64,000 nucleotides of DNA, taken from IMG/VR virus record IMGVR_UViG_3300049324_000053; one strand, given 5' to 3'. Position 1 is the stretch's first letter. Every line of letters starts with the position of its first letter. The position numbers were made by a program, and so were the translations under genes. Source of the DNA: a virus. Below, piece by piece: positions 28,389 to 39,146 of the stretch. The notes under the pieces are model-generated. The model was not told the DNA's origin. It worked only from the letters and a program-made list of their open reading frames with translations, and ran no database searches.

Positions 28389-29687
28389 GTGTCCGTGTCC
28401 ATCAAGAGCGGCGAGCTGATTCACGTGGGGAACCACATCCTTGTGGACCGCGCGCAGACCGGCGGCGTGTCCTCGTTGAACCAGCCGCAGGACAAGATTT
28501 ACGAGCTGGGCAATTACCGGAGCGTCGGGATCGTGCGTGATATCCCGGACCTGACGTTCGGGTTGGAGTCCTTTGACACGAGCGCGGCGCTGGAGGCGTT
28601 GCTGCTCGGGCGGGACGCGGCCGCCGACCCCGACGGCCAGGTGTATGACCTCGGCCGGATGCAGTACATGGATGTTGCCAGCCAGTTCAAGTCCGGGTTC
28701 TCCCGGGCGAACGCGTACGACGTCGTCGGGTCGATCGCATTGCCGTTCTTGGCTCCTGAGAACGTCGGCTACCGCTTCGGGTTGCACGACAACGCCAGTC
28801 AGACGGCGTCGCTGCGTGGGGACTCGATCTTCTACGCCGAAGGTCCGACGTATGTCGAGGACACCGTCGGGTCCGGCACCGCCGGTCAAAGTGTGGTACT
28901 GGCCCAACCGGCGATTCCGTACACCGGTGACGCCGGCAGCGGGGTGGCGCGGTATGCGCTGTCCGTGTCGCTGGTGGGTGCGGGCAGGCGGCTGCAGATC
29001 GGCCCGGACTACACCGAGGCGGTGACCGGAGCGGGTCCGGCGAAGGCTGTCACGCTGACGATCACTGCGGCGGTGCCGGCGACGGACTCGGTCCGGGTGG
29101 TGTATCAGTCGACGACGGTTGCTACCTATCCGCAGGCGTCGCACACGCCGGTGACGAGTGCGACGCCGGGTGCGTGGGTGAAGCCGGCGGCGATTCGTGG
29201 CAAGGACATCACGATCCTGCTCGGTCCTCGCACCGTGGCCCTGGACCCGCAGCTGCACAAGATGGGCAACGTGCAGGCATTCTCCGCCGAATGGAGGGTG
29301 AACCTGGAGCGTGACGAGCAGCTCGGTTCGGGACAGGCCACCAGCGCCGACTATGTCACCCCGGACGTGACCGGCACCGTGGATCTTAAGCCGTTCGATT
29401 TCCATGATCTCATGGAAAGGATTCGTCAGCTGTCCGGCAAGGCATCGGGAACGGTGGAGTCCATCGGCCCGTACCAGGTCATTCCGGTGCAGCTCGCGGC
29501 GATCTTGCACGACCCGAACTCCACCACCGGCGAGATCCTCAAGACCCTCTACATCCCGGACGCCCGGTTCACCCTGCCGACGTTCCAGGCCCGCGCCAAC
29601 ACCAAGATCACATCCACGATGAACTGGTCCAGTGAGTCGGGCATCCTGCAAGCCAGCAAGGGCCTGTTCCCGTTCGCCATTCCGTAA
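28389..29687 (+). CDS. Major tail (tube) protein
   Basis: 432 aa; KIYELGN and ERDEQLG tube-like motifs; immediately upstream of chaperone and TMP. Confidence 0.75.
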   Translation: MSVSIKSGELIHVGNHILVDRAQTGGVSSLNQPQDKIYELGNYRSVGIVRDIPDLTFGLESFDTSAALEALLLGRDAAADPDGQVYDLGRMQYMDVASQFKSGFSRANAYDVVGSIALPFLAPENVGYRFGLHDNASQTASLRGDSIFYAEGPTYVEDTVGSGTAGQSVVLAQPAIPYTGDAGSGVARYALSVSLVGAGRRLQIGPDYTEAVTGAGPAKAVTLTITAAVPATDSVRVVYQSTTVATYPQASHTPVTSATPGAWVKPAAIRGKDITILLGPRTVALDPQLHKMGNVQAFSAEWRVNLERDEQLGSGQATSADYVTPDVTGTVDLKPFDFHDLMERIRQLSGKASGTVESIGPYQVIPVQLAAILHDPNSTTGEILKTLYIPDARFTLPTFQARANTKITSTMNWSSESGILQASKGLFPFAIP

Positions 29688-29739
29688 ACCCAAGGACCGG
29701 CCGGCGCGCGTCGCGATGCGCGCAGCGGGCCGAAGCCGG

Positions 29740-29786
29740 CCGGCGGCGATGAGGTGTGCGTTGCTCGCACCCTCGTCTGCCGCCGG
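29740..29786 (+). terminator. Long hairpin after the major tail gene
   Basis: ccggcggcgatgaggtgtgcg-ttgct-cgcaccctcgtctgccgccgg. Confidence 0.55.
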
Positions 29787-29850
29787 TTCGGCGCACACTA
29801 CGAAACAGAAACAGAAACTGAACCCGAAACAGTGATCCACCTGGGGGTTT

Positions 29851-30747
29851 GTGATGCCTTCGCGCGCCAAATACCGGCGCATGACCGAGTTGTATACCGA
29901 TGGTGTCGTCGAACTGCTTGACGACGGCAACCCCATCTTCCTTCGGGTGCTGAACCCGTACGAACGTCAAGAGGCGCTGCACGACGCGCAGGCCGCTCGC
30001 GCCCGTCTCGTGATGGCGTTGACCCGGTTCGACTCCGACGAGGAAGTGAAAGCCCGCGCGTCGATGGCGGTCGACGGTCGTGAGAAAGCTGTCGAGCAAC
30101 TCATCAACCTCAAAAGCAGTGAGCTGATGGTTGACGCGCTCAACGAACTGCGCGACGATCCGGAATGGAAAGAACGTATCGACGTTCTTGACCGTTCCGA
30201 GGAACTTGTCGCTCGTCCCCGCGAGGACAGCGAACGTCAACTCCTTGACGCTGTCGAGGTCGAATATCTCAACGAGATCAGCGCCCGGTCCGATGCAGCC
30301 CGTGAACAGGAACGGGCCCGTCTCATGCATCTGCGCGACGAAGAACTGCTCGGCGAGTACATCGACGCCTGGCGTGCTATGCGTGGCGGTGAGGTCGCCG
30401 ACGCCGAGTTCCGGCTGACCGAACTGTGGTATGCGGCGCGCTGCTGCGACGGGGTCGAACGGGGGGACGGAGTCTGGGATCACAGCGCCTGCGAAGGGCA
30501 TCGCACCCGGCTGTTCGACGTCAAGGCCGACATTGCTGGATTGCCGACCCGGTTGCAGGAGCAGCTGATGGCGGCACTGACCCGGCTCAACATGAGCGTG
30601 CGTGAAGCAAAAAACTCGGTCAGGGCGCCGAACTCATCAGCCTCGTCTCCGCAGCCAAACGCGGAGGAGGAATCGACGCCCTCTACCCCAATCGAGATCC
30701 CCGACAATGTCCCTGGTACCTCGCCACCGCTATCCAGCACGCCCTGA
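29851..30747 (+). CDS. Tail assembly chaperone (gpG-like)
   Basis: Lies between major tail and TMP; contains a slippery site. Confidence 0.8.
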   Translation: MMPSRAKYRRMTELYTDGVVELLDDGNPIFLRVLNPYERQEALHDAQAARARLVMALTRFDSDEEVKARASMAVDGREKAVEQLINLKSSELMVDALNELRDDPEWKERIDVLDRSEELVARPREDSERQLLDAVEVEYLNEISARSDAAREQERARLMHLRDEELLGEYIDAWRAMRGGEVADAEFRLTELWYAARCCDGVERGDGVWDHSACEGHRTRLFDVKADIAGLPTRLQEQLMAALTRLNMSVREAKNSVRAPNSSASSPQPNAEEESTPSTPIEIPDNVPGTSPPLSSTP

Positions 30748-30932
30748 CGGTTCTCGGCTATTTCGAACTGCCTGAAGCCGATCAGCCGCCGGAGCGTATC
30801 TGGCTCGACAACAAGGCCCTCATCGAGCATTTCGACGGGGTGCGTGCCAAATACTCGGCGAACAGCTCCGGCCGAGAACTGATCGAAGACGTGGATCTGG
30901 ATCAGAACGAACTGACCCGGGACCTGCACTAG
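30609..30932 (+). CDS. -1 frameshift extension of the tail assembly chaperone (gpGT-like)
   Basis: A AAA AAC at 30609-30615; the -1 frame is open to TAG 30930-30932 (LGQGAELISL...PPERIWLDNKALIEHFD...RDLH). Confidence 0.85.
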   Translation, partial: KKLGQGAELISLVSAAKRGGGIDALYPNRDPRQCPWYLATAIQHALTVLGYFELPEADQPPERIWLDNKALIEHFDGVRAKYSANSSGRELIEDVDLDQNELTRDLH

Positions 30933-30948
30933 AAGGACGGGAGATGCC

Positions 30949-33900
30949 ATGGCCGGCGAGGATCTTTTCCTTCATGTCGGTACCGACATCCGGCAGGTCA
31001 GCGAGATTTTCACCACCGAGCTGGACCGGATGCTAAACCACCGGTCCGAAGGTGGTGAGTTCGCCCCTGATCTGATTCCGCAGCTGCGCCGGGCCATGGA
31101 GGAGATGAGCCGGTACGAGGCGCAGTACAAGAAGCTGCTGCAGCTGACCGAACGGTCCGGATCCCTGTTCCAGGCCACGGCGGGCGTGCCCGCGGGCAGC
31201 CCGCAGGAAACCGTCCGTCAGAGTGCCGCCAAGAACCTGACGACGGCCGGCCCTGAACTGGAGAACTTGCTGGCCGGGTTCCAGCGTTCTATCCATGATT
31301 TCTACACTCTGGCCAAGGCGGCGATCCCCGCGGACGCCGAGGGGCTGCAGCGGGCGCTGGCCGAGACGATGCGCGCGCTGTTCGACCAGGCCGCGACTGC
31401 GGCCCGGGAAGCTGCGCATCAGACATTCGGTGCCGCTGCCAATGCCGGTTCGCCGGCCGGTGGCGGTGATGCGGCAGTGACGGCGATGGCCGAGCAGATT
31501 CGGCTGGCCGGCGAGTCGCTGACCCGTTCGGTGATCACCTCTGCGGAGTCGTTCGCCCGCATCCTGCATGACGCCACTGCGACCGGTGGGACAACGGCAT
31601 CCGGCGCCGCGCCGAACACGGCACCGCTGGAAACGCTCAACTCCACCAACCTGGATCTCACCGCGGCGATACGGCTGCTGGTCGCCGAAATGGGCGTGCT
31701 GTCCGCTCAGATGGCGGCGAACGTTGCTACCGCCAAGGGTGCCAACGCCACCGCCAGCACCGGTGGCCATGGTGGCGGCCACGGTGGTGGGCATCGTGGC
31801 GGTGGGACAACTGGCGGCGGCGGTTCCGGTGGCGACGGCGGCGGCAGGCAGTATCACAATGGGCACCCCGACGACCCGTGGGATCCCGAAGGCGCCGACC
31901 ATGACCGGCGCCGGGCGCAGAAGGACTGGCGCCGGCGCACCGAAATCTCCACCCAGGAGCTGTACAAGCGGGCCCGCGACCCGCACGACCCGGACTTCTT
32001 TTTCGCCGGCACCGAACCGGGACAAGGTCATGTCCCGCCGACAGAAAGTTCCCCGATCATCCGGCGCAGCGGTGCCGGTGAGAACTGGGTGTACAACGCG
32101 GTTGCCGCGGTCCCTGACAATCCGCTGGCGATGTCGTTCGCCCGGTCCCCCGGCCAGCAGCGTGACACACCGCAGCAACGTCAGTCCACCGCCGAACGGC
32201 GCGACGCGCAGCAAGAACAGATCGCCCGTCTTGAAGCGCGACGTCTCGCGGGGGAACTGCAGACGGTCGCCCCCGGCATCCTGCACGAACCGTCGACGGG
32301 GCAAATCTACTCGGCGCGCACCGGCCGGCTGGCGGGCACCGCCGCGATCGACCCGGCCACCGGCCGCCATGAAGGCGTCGCGGGGCCACGCGACGGCACC
32401 CGGTCGGAGAACCGGGTCGACCAGAGCACCCTGACACGCGGCGTCGAGGAACTGCGCAAGCTGGCCGAGGGCGGCGCTGTCAGCGAGTCGCGCGCCGATG
32501 TGCTGCGCCGCGGGCTGCCCGGCGGGAACCTGACCCCGCTGTCGGCGACGACCTATCACGATCCGTCGACCGGCCAGATCCTGTCGTCGGCGACCGGGCG
32601 CACCGTCGGCACCGCCCATGTCGATCCGCACACCCAGATCGTCGGGGCCACCGCGGAAGCGGCCGCCGGCGACCGCTCCCTGGAGCAGATCACTGCCGAC
32701 CTCAAAGAGTTCAAAGCGGCGCTGGCCGCGTTGGAACGTAACGCGGCCAGCGCCGCCAAGGCCGCTACTGCCGACACTCGTGACGCGGCACGCACCGACG
32801 TGCAGCGCCGTGCCGACGCCGGTGAACTGCGCCGCGTCGGCACGACCAGCGCCTACCATGATCCGGCGACCAACGAGCTGTTGTCGGCCAAGTCCGGGCG
32901 GGTACTGGGCACCGCGCAGATCGACCCCAAGACCCAAGAGGTTCTGGGGTCGCAGGTCAACTCCGCGAACCGCACCACCGAGCAGGTCGCCACCGATTAC
33001 GCGGAGTTCAACGCCGCGCTCAACGCGTTGCACAACAACAGCCAGAAAGCGGTGGAGAACGCGGCCAAGACCGCGCAGACTGCTGCCGCCGGGCAGGTGC
33101 TGGCCAAGGGCGCGGCCGGAACCGGGGAGTACCGCCAGCTGGGCGCCGGTTCGGTGTATCACGACCCGATCAGCGGTGAGCTGCATTCGAGCCGGACCGG
33201 ACGTGCGCTCGGCACCGCGACGACCGATGCCACGACCGGCAAGGTGTCCATCGCGCCGATCACCAACGCGAGTCTCACCGAAGAAGAGATCAACGCTGAT
33301 CAGCGTGAGCGTGCCACGGCGTTACGGTTCCTTGCCCGTGAGACCGAAGCCAGCGCCAAAACGGCCAAGGAAGTGGCCATCGAAGCGCGCCGGCAGGTCG
33401 AGATGGAGCAGGTCAATCTCGGTAACCGGCTGGCATACGGCGGGCGTAAGCCTCTTTTCACCTCTGACGCTGCCGGCGGCAACGTTCGTGATCTGCGCAC
33501 CGGTGAGGGGATCGCCACCCCCAGCCAGCAGTACGAGTTCGACGCGCTGCACGCCACGGAACGCAAGAAGGCCGAGGCCCAGGCCAAGCAGCGGGCCCGC
33601 GCCGAGCAGGGTGAACCCGGGTTCGGATCGGCGTTCGTCGGTGGTCTGACGTCCAGCGGGTTCCACGCCCCCGGCACCGGGCTGGTGTCACTGGCCGGTA
33701 CCGCAGGCGTGCTGGCCCGGTATTCGGCCGCCGGCGCCGGCATCAGCTTGCTGTTCAAAGGCGTCAGCCAGGTCAAAGACGCGATCATGACGACGGATGC
33801 GGCGTTCGTCGACTTCAACGAGGCCGTCCGTGCCGCCGGCGCCGGCACGGTCGACACCTCGAAGGCGTTCTCCGAGATGGCCGCCTACGGCATCGACGGG

Positions 33901-36900
33901 GTGCAGGCACTGACCATCGGCGCGCATGCGCTGATGGTGTTCAAGGACGAGATCAAAGACGGCAAAGACAGCACTGATCTGTTCAACGAGTCGATCAAGC
34001 AGGCCGGTATTTATGCGCTGGCCACCGGTCAGGACGCCGAGACCGCCGGCAAGCAGCTTGCCCAGTCCGCCAAGGACTTCGGCGGCGGATCCGCCATGGA
34101 GCCTCGTCTTGCCGACGCGAGCGTTACCGCCGCTACCAATTATGGCGTCGATCATAAGCAGCTGGCGATTGCGAGTGCCGGCGCCGCCAACGTTGCCAGC
34201 ATTGCCGGGGTCAACCCCGAAGAGCTGAACAACATTCTTGCCGCCGGCATGCAGGGATCCGGGATCAGCGGCACGCAGGCATCCACCCAGTTCGCCGGGC
34301 TGATCAGCCGCACCGAGAAGGGCCCGTTTCAGGCGTTACGCCAGAAGCTGAGTGTCTCCGACACCGGGGATGCCGCGCAGCAGATCGTGGCGATGGGCGC
34401 CGCGTTCGAGAAGTTGAACACCGCCCAGCAGCATGCCGCTCTTTCGTCGGTGGCGTCGGGGCGCAACATGAACTTCTACCAGGCGTTGATGCGCAACGCC
34501 GCGGGCCTGAACGACAATGTCACCAAGAGCCTGGAGGAGCAAGGCGCTGCTGCGGATCTTGCCGCCCAAAAGCAGCACACCATCGCCCAGGAGCTGCGTG
34601 ACCTTGGCACGGCGTTCAAGACACTCGCCGAGAACATTGCCAAGTCCGGCATCCTCACTCCGCTCGGAGCGTTGCTTGCGGTCCTCGGCCCGATCGTCAA
34701 CACGCTCAACTTCCTGTTCTCCGGCCTGCAGCATGTGACTGACCAGCTGCCGATCGTTGGCAAACACTTCTCCCAGGTGACCGGCACCATCATCGACGCT
34801 TGGCTGGCGATGAAGCTGTACGCCGCGGCGATGAGTGCGGGCGGGCTCGGGCCGGCGCTCGGTGCGCTCGGCCGGGTTGGACGTCATGGCGATCCCGCCA
34901 CTGCGCCGACGCCTGGGACGACTTCGCTGCCGGTCCTGAAGCCGACTCCGGCTCCAACACCAACACCAACTCCCAAGCCGACACCAACCCCGGCCCCGGC
35001 ACCGGCCCCAACGCCAACCCCGGCCCCGGCACCGGTACCGGCACCGAAGCCATCTCCGAAGCGGATCCGGACGCCAAGACCGACCCCAACCCCGGCGCCG
35101 GCACCGGTACCAACCCCGACACCAACCCCGGCGCCGGTCGTGGTGCCGCCTGCAGCGCCAACCCCGGCGCCGGTCGTGGTGCCGCCTGCGTCCAACGCCC
35201 GACGTGGGGGCCGGCTGAACCCGCTGCAGGGAGCGCCGACTCGTGCCGTACTGCGCGAGGCGGAGGTCAGCGAACGGGTTGGTGCGGCGTATGCCTCCGA
35301 CGAGGAGATGATCGCCGCGCGTCGTGGTCCGCGGTTGTACCGGCGGCTCGGTGCACAGACTGCTGATGCCGCATCGCTGGCCGGTGCCAACCGTGAACTG
35401 GGCGCGACCCGCGGTTGGGCCGCAGGCCGGGAAGCGGACTTCCACAGTGAGGCTGGTGCCATCCGCGCGGGTGCCGCAGGTGGCAGCACTGCGCAGATGG
35501 AGCAGGCTGAAGCGGAGATCAGCCAGCGGCGTGCGGCGATGCAGCAGGAGATTGCCGCACGCATGGAGGCGTCGGAAGCTGCCGCCAGGGCCATTCTGTC
35601 CGGCGGTCAGCAGGGTGCTACCGCGCTCGCCGAGTCCGCCACGAGGATTGCTGCCGCCGAGCAGGCGCTGGCCGCGGAACTGGGCGCTGGCGGCGTCGAG
35701 ATTGGTGCTGCGGCGGCCGCGGCTGGTGCGGAGATCCTCGCCGGCGGCGCTGCCGGTGGTGCTGCGGCGGCCGCGGCCGGCGCCGTCAAGGGTGCTGCCG
35801 GTGCTGCCACCGGCGCCGTCGGTGCCGTTGAAGGTGCTCTGGGTACGGCGGGCCGTGAAGTGGAAACCGTGCTGCCTGGTGCCGGTGGTGTGGCTCGCGG
35901 CGGTCTTCGCGGAGCGCTGGGGCGTGGCGCGGGCGGTCTTCGTGGGCTGCTGGGTCGCGGTGGGGCCGGCGGTGCGGCCGGAGCCGGCCGGTTCGCCCGG
36001 CTACGCGGCGCCACCGGGATGGGCGGCATGGGCGCGATGCTCGGCATCGGCGCCGCCATCATGGTCGGCACGGAGCTGTGGAAAGAGAAAGACGCGGTCA
36101 ACGATGCCCAGAACAAGGGCATGGACGCTCTCGGTGCCGGTATAGGCGACGATCCGGCGTCGTACGCCGCGAGCGCAACCGCCGCAGCCAAAGAGCTGCA
36201 CAGGGCGGACAACAAGTTTCTGACGAAGCATTTCTTGACACCGGTCGTCAGTGGCATCAACCACATCCCCGGCATCGGTGGCGGCGGGTTGAGCGGCAAG
36301 GAGGAGGAGAAGGAACTCAACGAGCAGGCCGGAGACGCCAAGACGACGGCGAAGAACATCGAGGACGCTCGTTCGGCGGCGAACCTGGCGAGTGCCTCCA
36401 ATGCCGCGTCGGTGAACATGCATGATCTCGCCGGGTCGTTCAAGGCGCTGACCGACCGCGGTGTGTCGGCACGTGATGCGATGAACACTATCGCGGAGGC
36501 GTTCGGCAACTTCGTCAACAACAAGGGGATCGGTGGCGACCCGCACTCGCAGCGGTTCCTTGCCCCCGGCCAGGCGGGTGTGCTCGCGGCGACCGCGGCT
36601 GGTGACATCGAGGCGCAGCTGCGTACGCAGCAGGAGGGGCACGGGGCGAACGATATTCTCAAGAACGACCTGAAGGGCAAGGATCTCGACAAGGCCCAGA
36701 ACGACATCAACACCAGCCTGCAGAGTTACATGAAAGACCATCAGGGTCAGGTCAACCCTGATGAGCTGAAGAGTGTCGCATTGCAGGCCGAACTGCAGGC
36801 ACTGGGCATTACTCCTGACGCGTATGCAGCGATGTCGCCGGACAAGCAGCAGGCATATGTGCGGATAGCGAACGCCGGGGTGCAGCAGAGCACGCGATCG

Positions 36901-39144
36901 GTGACCGGCACCGATCTGCAGACCTCTGATGAGATCAAGCAGTTCCTGGATGTCACCCAGCAGGCACTGCCCGAGGTCGGGCATGAGGCAAGCCGGGACG
37001 CCTATCTGGACCCGACGAACGCCAACGGTGGCACCCTGTCCGGTGTTCTTGCCAAGGAAAAGCGTGCGGACGATGACATCGCTCTGGCGCAGAAAGCGCT
37101 CGACGACGATGCCAAGCGGCCCGAGGGTGACAAGGACAAGATGTCCCCCAAGGATCGGGCCGACGCCGAGACGAGAGTGAAAAAGGCAAGGGACGACCGC
37201 AAGGATTTGGACATCGAGGAGCAGCAGGCCCGCGAGCAGCATGAGGAGAACCTCGGCCAGGTCAAGGAGTCCCGGGTCAGCCAGTACGACAAGTCCGGCC
37301 GGGCCGACGTCGCGGTCGACACGGCGCAGACCGAGTACAACATGGCGACCGACGCCGACGACAAGGCGCAAAAAGAGGCCAAGCTCAACGCTGCCAAGCA
37401 GGCGCAGGCCGCGCAGAAGATGGCCGACCAGAACGCTGCAACCCTGGCCGCCGCCACCCCCGGCGATCAGGTGTCCCAGACGCAGGCGCAGCTGAAAGCC
37501 GCGCAGCACACCCTGGAAACGCTCAAAGCGCAAGGCGCGAAGGGCGAGGATCTGTCGAACGCGGAGAAGGCGCTCAAGGAGGCGCAGCACGCCGCCGCAT
37601 ACGCCACCATCGAACAGGCCACCGCGCTGGCTTTGTCACTGACCGACATGCGTGACACCGCCGCTCGGGACGCCGCCGCGGTCGACGACGCGCGCAAGCA
37701 TCTGGAGCAGGCGAAAAAGGAAGGTAACAAGACCGACGAGTACAAGTACACCCAGCAGCTCAACGATGCGAAGGTCACCGGCGAGCAGCATGCTGATGCG
37801 GCGACATCGGCCAAGGAACTGGTCAACATTGATCCGCGGGCCACGGTCGCTCTTGCCCAGCAGCATCTCACGGATCTGCAACGCCAGCTGAACCGGTTCA
37901 CCAGCGAAGGGCAGGGAAAGACCCAGGGCGCTGATCAGCTTCGCCAGCAGATCACCGCCGCGCAGCAGACCCTGGCCGAAAAGCAGGGCGCGATGCTGGT
38001 CTCGACTCTGGAAACGACGACCGGTCCGCAGGACACCGTCGGCCAGGCCAAGATCAACCTGGCCAAGGCGCAGAACGCGCTGACCGCCCTTATCCCGTCC
38101 AACGAGGGATACGGCGCCGCGCTGACCGGGGTGCGTAACGCGCAGCTGGATCTTGCCAAAGCGCAGGACGACATGGCCATCTCGCAGTTGCGCGCGTCGA
38201 CCAGTTCGCAAGACACCGTCGGCCAGGCCAAGATCACGTTGGCAGAGGCGCAGCGTAAGTTGCGGGAAACGGACCCGAGCAACTCTGGGTACGGCGTCGC
38301 GGCGCAGGCGGTGACGGACGCGCAGCTGGCACTGGCCAAAGCGCAGGATGACATGGCGGTGTCCGCGGTCGTCGCCGGCACCATCACCGAGGGGGCGCTG
38401 GGGCAGGCGTCGATCGCGCTGACGCAGGCCAAAGCGAACTTCGATCGCGCCAACGTCAAGTCCGCCGACTTCGGGCAGCTGGTGGCGGCGTTGTACGCAA
38501 GCCAGCTGGCGTACGCCAATGCCCAGGACGCTGCCGGGGCGACCGCCGCCGGGTTGCATCAGGATCTCACCGACCCGACGGTCGTGGCGCACAACGCGGT
38601 CGTCGCCGCGCAAAACAAACTGCAACGGCTCAAAGAGGCGATCGCCAAGCAGCGGGCGTACGACCAGGCACACGGGATCAAGTTCGACGAGGCCGCCGCT
38701 CAGGATGCGATCGACTCCGGGCAGACCGACGTGAACGCTGCGGCGAATGCCGAACAGAAAGCGACGTTCGACGCCCGACTGCAGGAAACTCAGCAGGCGT
38801 ATTCGCTGCATCAGCTGTCCGGCGCCGCATACATTGCGGCTCTGAAGAAGCAGCGCGACGGCATTGTCGATGTCAACTATCAGACGCATCAGGAGATTTA
38901 CCAGCTGAACAAGGCGATCCAGGACGCCAACGAGCAGGTGAGCGGCCAGTTCAACCTGACCGATATCAAACTTCCGACGGTGTATGAGGTGCGCCGCGCG
39001 GTCGCCTCCGGTAATCAGAACATCGACGGTACCGTCAACAACAACAATGTCACCATCAACGGCGCTGATTTCACCAAGGTCGTTGCTTATATCAAGTCCA
39101 TTCTCACTCCGGCGACCGGTCGTGTCGTCACCCCGCGGAGGTAG
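30949..39144 (+). CDS. Tape measure protein
   Basis: 2731 aa, Ala-rich helical with hydrophobic segments; follows the frameshifted chaperone. Confidence 0.9.
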   Translation: MAGEDLFLHVGTDIRQVSEIFTTELDRMLNHRSEGGEFAPDLIPQLRRAMEEMSRYEAQYKKLLQLTERSGSLFQATAGVPAGSPQETVRQSAAKNLTTAGPELENLLAGFQRSIHDFYTLAKAAIPADAEGLQRALAETMRALFDQAATAAREAAHQTFGAAANAGSPAGGGDAAVTAMAEQIRLAGESLTRSVITSAESFARILHDATATGGTTASGAAPNTAPLETLNSTNLDLTAAIRLLVAEMGVLSAQMAANVATAKGANATASTGGHGGGHGGGHRGGGTTGGGGSGGDGGGRQYHNGHPDDPWDPEGADHDRRRAQKDWRRRTEISTQELYKRARDPHDPDFFFAGTEPGQGHVPPTESSPIIRRSGAGENWVYNAVAAVPDNPLAMSFARSPGQQRDTPQQRQSTAERRDAQQEQIARLEARRLAGELQTVAPGILHEPSTGQIYSARTGRLAGTAAIDPATGRHEGVAGPRDGTRSENRVDQSTLTRGVEELRKLAEGGAVSESRADVLRRGLPGGNLTPLSATTYHDPSTGQILSSATGRTVGTAHVDPHTQIVGATAEAAAGDRSLEQITADLKEFKAALAALERNAASAAKAATADTRDAARTDVQRRADAGELRRVGTTSAYHDPATNELLSAKSGRVLGTAQIDPKTQEVLGSQVNSANRTTEQVATDYAEFNAALNALHNNSQKAVENAAKTAQTAAAGQVLAKGAAGTGEYRQLGAGSVYHDPISGELHSSRTGRALGTATTDATTGKVSIAPITNASLTEEEINADQRERATALRFLARETEASAKTAKEVAIEARRQVEMEQVNLGNRLAYGGRKPLFTSDAAGGNVRDLRTGEGIATPSQQYEFDALHATERKKAEAQAKQRARAEQGEPGFGSAFVGGLTSSGFHAPGTGLVSLAGTAGVLARYSAAGAGISLLFKGVSQVKDAIMTTDAAFVDFNEAVRAAGAGTVDTSKAFSEMAAYGIDGVQALTIGAHALMVFKDEIKDGKDSTDLFNESIKQAGIYALATGQDAETAGKQLAQSAKDFGGGSAMEPRLADASVTAATNYGVDHKQLAIASAGAANVASIAGVNPEELNNILAAGMQGSGISGTQASTQFAGLISRTEKGPFQALRQKLSVSDTGDAAQQIVAMGAAFEKLNTAQQHAALSSVASGRNMNFYQALMRNAAGLNDNVTKSLEEQGAAADLAAQKQHTIAQELRDLGTAFKTLAENIAKSGILTPLGALLAVLGPIVNTLNFLFSGLQHVTDQLPIVGKHFSQVTGTIIDAWLAMKLYAAAMSAGGLGPALGALGRVGRHGDPATAPTPGTTSLPVLKPTPAPTPTPTPKPTPTPAPAPAPTPTPAPAPVPAPKPSPKRIRTPRPTPTPAPAPVPTPTPTPAPVVVPPAAPTPAPVVVPPASNARRGGRLNPLQGAPTRAVLREAEVSERVGAAYASDEEMIAARRGPRLYRRLGAQTADAASLAGANRELGATRGWAAGREADFHSEAGAIRAGAAGGSTAQMEQAEAEISQRRAAMQQEIAARMEASEAAARAILSGGQQGATALAESATRIAAAEQALAAELGAGGVEIGAAAAAAGAEILAGGAAGGAAAAAAGAVKGAAGAATGAVGAVEGALGTAGREVETVLPGAGGVARGGLRGALGRGAGGLRGLLGRGGAGGAAGAGRFARLRGATGMGGMGAMLGIGAAIMVGTELWKEKDAVNDAQNKGMDALGAGIGDDPASYAASATAAAKELHRADNKFLTKHFLTPVVSGINHIPGIGGGGLSGKEEEKELNEQAGDAKTTAKNIEDARSAANLASASNAASVNMHDLAGSFKALTDRGVSARDAMNTIAEAFGNFVNNKGIGGDPHSQRFLAPGQAGVLAATAAGDIEAQLRTQQEGHGANDILKNDLKGKDLDKAQNDINTSLQSYMKDHQGQVNPDELKSVALQAELQALGITPDAYAAMSPDKQQAYVRIANAGVQQSTRSVTGTDLQTSDEIKQFLDVTQQALPEVGHEASRDAYLDPTNANGGTLSGVLAKEKRADDDIALAQKALDDDAKRPEGDKDKMSPKDRADAETRVKKARDDRKDLDIEEQQAREQHEENLGQVKESRVSQYDKSGRADVAVDTAQTEYNMATDADDKAQKEAKLNAAKQAQAAQKMADQNAATLAAATPGDQVSQTQAQLKAAQHTLETLKAQGAKGEDLSNAEKALKEAQHAAAYATIEQATALALSLTDMRDTAARDAAAVDDARKHLEQAKKEGNKTDEYKYTQQLNDAKVTGEQHADAATSAKELVNIDPRATVALAQQHLTDLQRQLNRFTSEGQGKTQGADQLRQQITAAQQTLAEKQGAMLVSTLETTTGPQDTVGQAKINLAKAQNALTALIPSNEGYGAALTGVRNAQLDLAKAQDDMAISQLRASTSSQDTVGQAKITLAEAQRKLRETDPSNSGYGVAAQAVTDAQLALAKAQDDMAVSAVVAGTITEGALGQASIALTQAKANFDRANVKSADFGQLVAALYASQLAYANAQDAAGATAAGLHQDLTDPTVVAHNAVVAAQNKLQRLKEAIAKQRAYDQAHGIKFDEAAAQDAIDSGQTDVNAAANAEQKATFDARLQETQQAYSLHQLSGAAYIAALKKQRDGIVDVNYQTHQEIYQLNKAIQDANEQVSGQFNLTDIKLPTVYEVRRAVASGNQNIDGTVNNNNVTINGADFTKVVAYIKSILTPATGRVVTPRR

Positions 39145-39146
39145 TC

